Under the pieces are notes generated by a model. That model worked only from the letters and a program-made list of their open reading frames with translations. It did not search any database and had not been told where the DNA came from. A DNA stretch of 64,000 bases from the human T2T-CHM13v2.0 reference genome, Homo sapiens: assembly GCF_009914755.1 (NCBI RefSeq), contig NC_060925.1; one strand, given 5' to 3'. Each line of letters begins with the position of its first letter. The first letter of the stretch is position 1. This document shows positions 1 through 64,000 of the stretch, one piece after another. The position numbers and the translations under genes are program-made.

Positions 1-947
1 TGATCTCTTCTTCCCTTAACAACAGCCTCTAATTTGTACTTCATCCTTTATCTTGACTTCTTTCTGGCTGATAAATGGTACAGAAAAGCGGGTGGGAGGC
101 AGTTAAGGTTTAATTTACAAAAGAGATTTTATCCCTAAATTTTCCATGATAAAGAAGGGAACAAAGGCAACTCCATCCACTGGGCAGAATTTCCAGGTAA
201 TTGGGTTCCTGCCACATTCTCCTTATTGAATTTATTTATTCAATAGACTTCACTGGAGAGACTCATGCTGGGACACCCACAGAAAAATTCATACTGTGCA
301 AGGGCTACTCCAGCACCTAAGTAAATCTTTGCCACACCTGTCCTAGTATATGTACAGAAATTAACTTTCAGCACTATATTTCATCTACTCTGACTGAAAG
401 CATTCCAACTGTTCATTTACTTGCCCTTGACCTCACATTTGAGTATGAAGAGGGGATATAGAAGAAAAGCTAAGGCTGCTCTATCACTAGATAATAGAGT
501 TAATAGTAATCGGAGGCCTGGTGCAGTGGCTCACACCTGTAATCTACACTTTGGGAGGGCAAGGTGGGAAGACCACTTGATGTCGGGAGTTTGAGACCAG
601 GCTAGGCAATATAGTGAGACCCCATCTCTATCGAAAAAAGCAAAAAAAAAAAAATACTATTTAGAATAGCTTATTAAAGGAGTACAGTGAAGAGTGTAAG
701 ACTAACTGTAGCATGTTAAGTTGGGATGCACAATAGACAGATTTCTAAGAGTTGGGAGATGTCACAAAATCCTGAAGTCCAGAAGACACTCTTGGAGTGG
801 AGAGAGAGCTCCATGCTGGTTTGGAGGAGTAGACACAGAAAAGGAAGTAATGCATACAAAAGAAGAGTAGCTTGTTGGGGTGAGGGTCTAGAAGTACGAT
901 CTCTTGGGAGATGATAATTACCTCAGAACGTAATTTGGATATGGTAG

Positions 948-1112
<165 letters not shown>

Positions 1113-1259
1113 GCCAAGATCACAGCATGTGAGGAAGACAGTGGACATCTGCTTTATGCTGGACCCAGTAAGATGAGGAAGTCGGGCAGTACACAGGAAG
1201 AGGAGCCAGGCCCTTGTACCTATGGGATTGGACAGGACTGCAGTTGGCTCTGGACCTGC

Positions 1260-1386
1260 ATTAAAATGGGTTTCACTGTGAATGCGTGACAATAAGATAT
1301 TCCCTTGTTCCTAAAACTTTATATCAGTTTATTGGATGTGGTTTTTCACATTTAAGATAATTATGGCTCTTTTCCTAAAAAATAAA
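1260..1386 (+). terminator. DAP3 candidate polyadenylation signals
   Basis: ATTAAA at 1260-1265 and AATAAA at 1381-1386 downstream of the stop; GT-rich tgttgtgtt follows the second. Confidence 0.6.
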
Positions 1387-1845
1387 ATATCTTTCTAAAG
1401 TGTTGTGTTAGATTAATAATATGGAAGGAGTCTTTAGATTGGCCAAATTGCATTTCTCTGATATTCCTCTTGTTGCAGGTCAGAAGAGATCAATTCTACA
1501 GAAATTTCCAGTGGTTCTGTTGAGGCTTTATGGAATTCAGCATGTCAAAATTCACAGCTGGCTGGGCACAGTGGCTCATGCCTGTAATCCCAGCACTTTG
1601 GAAGCCCAAGGCGGGCAGACTGCTTGAGTTCAGGAGTTTGCAACCAGCCTGGGCAACATGGTGAAAACCTGTCTCTACTAAAAATACAAAAATTAGCCGG
1701 GCACGGTGGCATGCGCCTGTAATCCAAGCTACTTGGGAGGCTGAGGCAGGAGAATTGCTTCAACTTGGGAGGCGGATGTTGCAGTGAGCCAAAATTGCAG
1801 CACTGCACTCCAGCCTGGGCAGCAGAGCAAGACTCCGTCTCAAAA

Positions 1846-1877
<32 letters not shown>

Positions 1878-2030
1878 AAATGTATACTGTACTGTTTTAC
1901 ATGACCGACTTCAGCATCTAAGGATGTTGCTACCTGGAGGAAGTGGGATCCTGGAACGAATCCCACATAGGTATGAGGAATAACAATAATGGAAAATCAG
2001 GTATCTTCCCTTTCTCCCAGTGCTTTTCTA

Positions 2031-2735
<705 letters not shown>

Positions 2736-2934
2736 TAAGAGACAGTCTTGCCCTGTCTCCCAGGCTGGAGTGCAGTGGCATGATCACAGCTCACTGCAGC
2801 CCCAACTCCTGGGTTCAATCAGTCCTTTTGCCTGAGCCTCCCTAGTAACTTGGGACCACAGGTGTGTGCTACCACACCTGGCTAATTTTTTAGTGTTCAG
2901 TAGAGACAGAATGTAGCTTGGTTTCCCAGGCTAG

Positions 2935-3327
<393 letters not shown>

Positions 3328-3334
3328 AGAAACC

Positions 3335-3500
3335 ATATTCCTGATGATAATTTAAAAGATCTTACTAAATGGAAAGATTCTCCATGTTCATTGATTGGAG
3401 TACTCAGTAATAAGATGGCAGTTATTCCCATATTGACCTATAGATTCAATGCAATCATTATCAAAATTTCAGAAGGTTTTTTGCAAAACTGGAAAACTGA
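3335..3500 (+). mobile_element. Old L1 ORF2 fragment
   Basis: aaatggaaagattctccatgttcattgattgga...tatagattcaatgcaatc resembles the L1 ORF2 KWK.IPCSW.G...YRFNAI motif. Confidence 0.75.
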
Positions 3501-4170
3501 CCAAGCACGGTGGTCCATGCCTGTAATCTCAGCACGCTGGGAGGCTGAGGTGGGCAGATCACTTGAGCCTAGGAGTTTGAGACCAGCCTGGGCAACATGG
3601 AGAAGCCTAGGCTCTACAACAAATACAAAAATTAGCCAGGTATGGTGGCATGCGCCTGTAGTTCCAGCTACTTGGGAGGCTGAGGCAGGAGGATCACTTG
3701 AACCCCAGAGGTTGAGGTTTCAGTGAGCCGTGATCATGCCACTGCTCATCCTCAGCTGCAGAGTAAGACCCTGTCTCAAAAAACAAAAAGGAAATAAAAA
3801 AGGGAAACTGACCTAAAGTTTATGTTTTTATTAATATTATTTTGAGACAGGGTCTCACTCTCTGTTACCCAGGCTGGAGTGTAAGGCCACACTACAGCCT
3901 CGACCTTCTGGACTCAATCCTCCTACCTCAGCTCCACGAGTGGTTAGGACTACAGGCACACACCACCACACGTGGCTAATTTTGATTTTTTTTTTTAATA
4001 AAGATGGGATCTCACTATATTGCCCAGGCTGGTCTCAAGCTTCTGGACTCAAGTGATCCACCTGTCTCAGCCTCCCAAATTGCTGGGCGTATAGGCTTGA
4101 ATGACTTTGGCCAGGCTATAACCCCATCGTCTGTTTCTGGGAAGACCTAATGCACCCAAACGCAATGCTA

Positions 4171-4638
<468 letters not shown>

Positions 4639-4830
4639 CTAACTACAGTTATCCTTTTCTTTAACCCAGGAAGGCAGAGAGAAAAGAGAGCAAATTAAGT
4701 TGCCTAAAGCTGAACTTGGACATCACCAAACTTCTAGAAAGGCAGATTATGAAATAATGCTTTAATAAACATATTATTAATTTAATAAGCATCTGTTGTT
4801 CTAAAAAGTAGAAAATACATCAGGTCATTA

Positions 4831-5240
<410 letters not shown>

Positions 5241-5309
5241 ATCAAATCCCAAAACTTCTGAATGTACTTTCTTTTGAAGCACATAAAGAACCTGTTCAAA
5301 ATTGACTGA

Positions 5310-8170
<2,861 letters not shown>

Positions 8171-8258
8171 AAATGATACAGATATGATAGCTAGGTCAGT
8201 CCACGGGGATCTGTGGACTTCTGAAGAGTCGTGATCCGTGTGACTTCTGAAGAGATGA

Positions 8259-9122
<864 letters not shown>

Positions 9123-9462
9123 TGAGGAGCTGAGCACAACATGCCAACACTCGAGGGGCCCACGACAGTTGCTCAAGAGCCATTTCGGGAATAGGCTGCT
9201 AGGCCCTGGAGACAGTGAGGACTTGAACTGCAGCACTCCTGTCAGACCCCTGGATGTGGTTCCCCCCGCGTCCCACAGCTAATGACTAAGCTGGGAACCG
9301 AAAGATGGAATCTAGATTCTCCTAAGCCAAGGTTTTTCCCCCAACTAGTGTATATCCCAGAAAGCTTGGAAGAGCCAAGTGCTGGAGAGATGGTGACAGC
9401 AGGTTGTCAGGTGATCAGAGGAAGGTTAGCTAGAGGGGAAGGGTGCCCAGGCTTTGACCTAA

Positions 9463-9818
<356 letters not shown>

Positions 9819-11473
9819 TAATCATTTTAAATGTCTTAGAATGATATTTTGGGAAAAAGCACTCCTTTTCCTAAGGACTGCGACTCGGTGAACAGAAAGG
9901 AGGCTATGCGGTGTGGCCAGCCAACTCAAGGAGGATGAAGCAACCTTTGCCTCTAAACTGCCTGGAACTAAATGTCGATTTTTCTGACCCCTCCCAGGGA
10001 GTGCTGAGTAGTGATGGTGTCTGGAGGGTCAAATCCATTCCCAATGGCAAAGGTGAGACTTCTCCAGATACTGATGGATGGGGGCTTGGGTAGAGCAGAA
10101 ACATGGAGAAAGGTACATTTCCTCTGCTTGTCTTCAGGTTCCTCACCACTCCCCACCGCTACAACTCCAAAACCACTTATCCCTACAGAGGCCAGCATCA
10201 GGGTCTGGTCAGACTTCCTCAGAGTCCATCTCCATCCCCGGAGCATCTGTATGATTCAGAAGTACAACCACGATGGGTATGGGGACCCCAGAGGCTTTGA
10301 GGCAAGAAACATGGGTCCCCACCAATGCAGGATGAGGCTCTTGAGGCCATCTTCCCTGCCCTTCCCCAGGACAAGAGGCTGAGGAGTTGAGGGAAGAGAT
10401 GTAAGTCTTGGATCGTGTTTACTTGTGGCAGGGAAGCAGGTCGGCTGGAGGCTTTTGGCCAAGGGGAAAGTGTCCTAAAGGAACCCAAGTACCAGGAAGA
10501 GCTGGAGGACAGGCTGCATTTCTACGTGGAGGAATGTGACTACTTGCAGGTAGTGGCGTGGCAATGTGCACTCCAGGGTGGAAGCTCTTCTCATCCTGCT
10601 AACTATCTTTCGTCACTCACCCCCGCCCAGGGCTTCCAGATCCTGTGTGACCTGCACGATGGCTTCTCTGGGGTAGGCGCGAAGGCGGCAGAGCTGCTAC
10701 AAGATGAATATTCAGGGCGGGGAATAATAACTTGGGGCCTGCTACCTGGTCCCTACCATCGTGGGGTGAGTGGAACTTGGAGGAGTAAACATTCGAATCC
10801 CATTGGGAGAGTGGCTTAATGCAAACTGGTTTTTTTCTTTACGAGGAGGCCCAGAGAAACATCTATCGTCTATTAAACACAGCTTTTGGTCTCGTGCACC
10901 TGACTGCTCACAGCTCTCGTCTGCCCCTTGTCCTTGGGTGGGAGCCTGGGCCTGCGACCTGAGCCACCTGTCAACTTCCCTTACCTGCATTATGATGTAA
11001 GTCTCGGTGCTCTTGTTCTGACTGCGGCAGGCTACAGGGCCTCCTCATGCTCCCAGTCAGTCGCTGTCTGTACTGGCTCTGTTCCTGAGGCCCGAGCTTG
11101 AACTCAGCTGTGATGTGGCCTCTCAGATCACACTGTCCTATGCTTGTCCAGCCTGGGGTCAAACATACCCCTGATTCATCCCCTGGGTCTCTCTGGTGTT
11201 AACATTCTGCCTCCACACATTCTTTTCCAGGCCCGAGGCCAAGTGCCCCTCTTGGTGTCTTCTTACAGGCCATTCTGCCCTTCCACTGCAGTGCCATCCT
11301 GGCTACAGCCCTGGACACAGTCACTGTTCCTTATCGCCTGTGTTCCTCTCCAGTTTCCATGGTTCATCTGGCTGACATGCTGAGCTTCTGTGGGAAAAAG
11401 GTATGAAGCTTTGTGAGGGGTTGGGTCAGTGCTGAGAAAATGTCCTATAACGTGTTCTCTTCCTTCTCTTTAA

Positions 11474-11635
<162 letters not shown>

Positions 11636-11763
11636 TAGACAGAGCATGCCACACAAGGTGAGAGCTGTTGGTCCTTAGGAGTCCTTGTCAGATTTTTGTT
11701 TCATGTCCTTTTCCCCCTAATTTCTCGGGCATTCTAATGATGTTGTTCCCTCCCCACCCCTTA

Positions 11764-12138
<375 letters not shown>

Positions 12139-12169
12139 TTAGTTTGTTATTCATGCTGCCACAGACTAA

Positions 12170-12307
<138 letters not shown>

Positions 12308-12352
12308 TAACGGTTGCTCCTGCCCTTCTTGCCAACCGCAACCCTCCCTTGA

Positions 12353-12505
<153 letters not shown>

Positions 12506-12603
12506 TAGGAGGTGAAGAAAACTGAGATTTCAAGTATGGGAGAGTTTTTACTATCTCCATTCCTGGATTAAAAGTGCTGAAAAAGTCCACAGTTAAACAT
12601 TCC

Positions 12604-12609
12604 TTTATT
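12604..12609 (-). terminator. GON4L full-length polyadenylation signal, lying inside MSTO2P intron 13
   Basis: tttatt on + equals AATAAA on -; the first canonical hexamer I found downstream of the GON4L stop at 13454. Confidence 0.65.
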
Positions 12610-12662
12610 CACCCTATGGCTCCCAAGAAAAGCATTCTTCCTCTGGAGTACTGGTGTACTAA

Positions 12663-13004
<342 letters not shown>

Positions 13005-13040
13005 TAAAGTTCCCAGTGTGGGAGAAAGGAGCTAGTTTGC

Positions 13041-13168
13041 AATAAAAACAGCTGGATGCAGGAGCCCAGTGTCTTCATGCAGAGGAGCTCAATGTCGCGG
13101 GACTAGCTACACCAACATATGCACTTTTTACATTTAGAAACACTGTGATTAGACCACAGAACAATAAA
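13041..13168 (+). terminator. MSTO2P candidate polyadenylation signals
   Basis: AATAAA at 13041-13046 and 13163-13168 after the TAA at 13005-13007. Confidence 0.65.
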
Positions 13169-13453
13169 TATGTGCCATCAGACCAAAAAAAAGTAGAGAA
13201 AGGAGCTGAACTCCACTCTCGATGCTATTTACAGAGGACATCTGTAAAGTCTTCATAAAAGACCTTGAATGATGCCTAGGATGGCAGAGCCCCTGGGTCC
13301 TACTCCATCCTCCAGCCTTTGTCCTTGTCCTGGCCTCCTGCTCTCCAGATCTGTAAACTGGGCTCAAGGACTGTACAAGCAGAGTACAACTACCCCCTCC
13401 CCGGTGCCAGGGCGCCTGTTGGGTTTGGTCCTGTGTAGATGATTCCCAGAGTC

Positions 13454-57953
<44,500 letters not shown>

Positions 57954-57957
57954 CTAG

Positions 57958-58152
<195 letters not shown>

Positions 58153-58338
58153 TGAGTAGCTGGGACCACAGGCATACGCCACCACACCCAGCTAATTTTG
58201 TGTAGTATATTCCATGAAAATAATACTTTCTGTAAAAGCTACTTGTACAGTGAAGCTGACAGTGAAAAAAGGAGTGGCCCAAATTCCCAACAATTAGAGA
58301 ATGACTATATAATTATAATTTCTTAGTATAAAATAGTA

Positions 58339-58871
<533 letters not shown>

Positions 58872-59033
58872 GTACACATATAAAATGTGAATATGTAACC
58901 ATTCTATAAAAGTTCAATACATGTATGACAAAAGTACAATATATATATAATAATCATAAGCATGAAAAATTATATCCTTACAATAAGAATCATAAATAAC
59001 TAAAAATATACAAAAATAATAAACATTTGTTAG

Positions 59034-59390
<357 letters not shown>

Positions 59391-59503
59391 TAATGTTAAT
59401 GCTAAACTGTCTTTTCAATTACTAAGTAAAAATTATGAAGGAGTCATTAAATTATGGAATTATTATATATTAAGGTAATATTTTTCTCCAGATAATTTTA
59501 GAT

Positions 59504-59632
59504 CAGTGTTGTCTAACAGAACTTTCTGTGATGATGGAAATGATCTATACATGTATTGTATTGTATCATACAGTAGCCATTAGCCACATGTGACTTGAGA
59601 AATGCAGCTAGTGTGACTGAGGAACTGATTTA
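59504..59632 (+). mobile_element. MER3/MER33-like hAT fragment
   Basis: cagtgttgtctaacagaactttctgtgatgatggaaatg...gtagccattagccacatgtg...gtgactgaggaactga. Confidence 0.7.
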
Positions 59633-59836
59633 AAAAAAAAAAGACCAAAAAGAGAATACCTAAATTTCTTACTATCATGTATCCATTAAATAGAAGAGGT
59701 GATCTCTATGTATTATAATGGAAAAATATATGTTATACTGCTAAGTGAAAGAAGCAAGTTGCAGATGAAGACCAATATGTATAGTATGATTCTTTTTGTG
59801 GAAAAAAATTCTTGTTTGAGATAAATACATGCTTGA

Positions 59837-60227
<391 letters not shown>

Positions 60228-60341
60228 TAATGTTTTAACTTTTCATAATAAATGAGCATCTTTTTTTTTTTCGAGAGGGAGTTTCGCTCTTGTTGCCCAG
60301 ACTGGATACCGTGCCTGGCCATAAATAAACATCTTTTGTTA

Positions 60342-60724
<383 letters not shown>

Positions 60725-60727
60725 TTA

Positions 60728-60925
<198 letters not shown>

Positions 60926-61183
60926 TTATACAGACACACATTTAAAATTCACAATCACTGAAAAATCTGTGCTGATTAAACCCTAATCTAACTTGATAAT
61001 TCTTTACTCAACATTTATACTCAGCTTATAATATATTAATTTGCATTCTTTACACATAACTATTTAATTATCAAATCTTTTTCATCTATTTGTGGGTTTA
61101 ACTTATCAGTACAGATTCTTTATTTCTTTAGGAATAGAATACTGTCTTCATAATTCATAATCTCTATAGTACTTTCTATATAA

Positions 61184-61420
<237 letters not shown>

Positions 61421-62349
61421 TAGCCAGGATGGTCTCGATCTCCCGACCTCATGATCTGCCTGCCTCAGCCTCCCAAAGCGCTGGGATTAGAAGTGTGAGA
61501 GACACTGCGCCTGATCAAAAAGTTCTTAACAAACATTGCTGAATAACGAAAGTTCTGGAAGAGCCCATAATAATGAGTAGTGTGCACAGGTTTGGACTCC
61601 ATCTGTTTGGATGCAAGAACTGCAATAGATAGTTCTGCCCACACCACACAAATGGGTCAGCGAATATTATTCTCAGAGCACTCATTTAACAAAGATGCTG
61701 AAAAATCATTTAGGGGGATTCTTCTGAGTTCTGCTTAGCTTTTAGTACCCTGATTGTGGAATATGTCCTCTGAGCTTAATCACTTTTTTGACTTATTAAC
61801 AATGTCAGTATTTACCCAGCTGATATACCCCTCCTGTATTGTCTTTTAACTCAACTGGTAGATCTGGAGGCCACACCCATCCTAATCATTGGCTTTGTGT
61901 GCTCTTTTAAAAATCTGTCCGAATAGGCACATACAAAAATACTGAAGTTGCTGGGCGTGGTGGCTCACGCCTGTAATCCCAGCACTTTAGGAGGCCAAGG
62001 CGGGCGGATCACCTGAGGTTAGGAGTTCAAGACCAGCCTGACCAATATGGTGAAACCCCGTCTCTACTAAAAATACAAAATTAGCTGGGTATGGTGGCAT
62101 GTGCCTGTAATCCTAGCTACTAGGGAGGTGGAGGCAGAAGAAGTGCTTGAACCTGAGAGGTGGAGGTGGCAGTGAGCCAAGATCACACCATTGTACTCCA
62201 GCCTGGGTGACAAGAGTGAGACCCTGTCTCAAAACAAAACAAAACAAACTGAAGTTTTATTTTAAGAAAAGAGGATTTTCACCCTCCCCCTAACCATTAG
62301 TCCAATTCCCCAATCAACCTTTATCATGCACTCTTACCTTTCCCAGACC

Positions 62350-62527
62350 AGTAGTTTCCAATCCTTTAGATATATCAGAATTAGATCCCTAGACCATACT
62401 CATTAGATTCTGATTCAGTAGGTAAGGGGTGAAGCCCTGAAATCTGTATCTTTAATAAACATCACCCTACATATCCATACACTCTTCAATTCTGATTCAA
62501 GTTCTCGGAACCAAATTATGAGAAACA
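62350..62527 (+). mobile_element. MER5A-like hAT element
   Basis: agattctgattcagtaggt...ccctgaaatctgtatctttaa core. Confidence 0.65.
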
Positions 62528-62835
62528 AAATCCTGAAAGTCAGTTCTGCCTGGCCTTTCCTTCCCAATAGCTACCATCTTAGGCCTTTGAACCAAAGTGA
62601 TGAAAATGAGCACCAAAGCTGCTGCTACCAATAACGCTAGGAGAACCTGACTTTCTTACTGTAATTATTTTGTATTAGCCTGTGCCAAAGATAAAAAGCA
62701 CAGCTTATTATGAAGGCTAGGAGCAGTGGCTCATGCCTGTAGTCCCAGAACTTTGGGAGGCCGAGGCGGGCGGATCACCTGAGGTTGGAAGTTCGAGACC
62801 AGCGTGACCAACATGGAGAAACCCCATCTCTACTA

Positions 62836-63046
<211 letters not shown>

Positions 63047-63049
63047 TCA

Positions 63050-63714
<665 letters not shown>

Positions 63715-63827
63715 TTAAACTGGGTTCTACTCCTAGGAGTATAACAAATTGATTCTGTAACTTTGAGCAAGACAATGAATTTCTCTGAGATTTCACTGCC
63801 TACAAAGTGGTTAGAACTATCTGTCCT

Positions 63828-63930
63828 TGGGCAACCCACTCGGGTCCCCTACCACGTTGTGGAAACTTTGTTCTTTAACTCTTCACAATAAATCTTGCTG
63901 CTGCTCAAAAAAAAAAAAAAAAAAAAAAAA
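63828..63930 (+). mobile_element. Polyadenylated LTR12 (ERV9)-like 3' fragment with TSD
   Basis: ggcaacccactcgggtcccc...aataaatcttgctgctgctc followed by A24; TSD agaactatctgtcct / agaactctctgtcct. Confidence 0.75.
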
Positions 63931-64000
63931 GAACTCTCTGTCCTGTCTATTCCTTTTTGTGGAGATTTCTGAACCTGGTAGAAACAGGAAGTGTCAATAA

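Noticed and set aside
11221-11268. Alternative acceptor ttttccag at 11230 adding 38 nt, which would arithmetically cancel the 2-nt deletion
   Set aside because: The shifted frame already stops at TGA 10960-10962, and the exon 11 lesions would still truncate the product

Overview
Primate (very likely human chr1q22) genomic DNA, extremely Alu-rich. From left to right: the last coding exon and 3' UTR of DAP3 (+, CDS 1027-1112); an Alu/L1-filled spacer; a CpG-island-driven, 14-exon, intron-containing misato gene copy (+, ATG 8698 to TAA 13007) that carries two frameshifts and a destroyed splice acceptor, i.e. the unprocessed pseudogene MSTO2P; and, convergent and overlapping it, the 3' 21 coding exons of GON4L (-, 57953 down to stop 13454; all junctions GT-AG and phase-consistent). 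An H/ACA scaRNA (SCARNA26B-like, 46544-46691, -) sits in a GON4L intron; its 5' pocket pairs with U4 snRNA around U79. I found no evidence of a wholly new multi-gene system. The most interesting signals are local: clustered MSTO2P lesions that match MSTO1 disease alleles as I recall them, an Alu whose target-site duplication copied a GON4L splice donor, an L1-associated inverted duplication at about 41.4-43.7 kb, a polyadenylated LTR12-like retro-fragment, the GON4L/MSTO2P antisense overlap and small template-switch scars. Gene and repeat names come from my recognition of the sequences, not from database searches; repeat boundaries are approximate.
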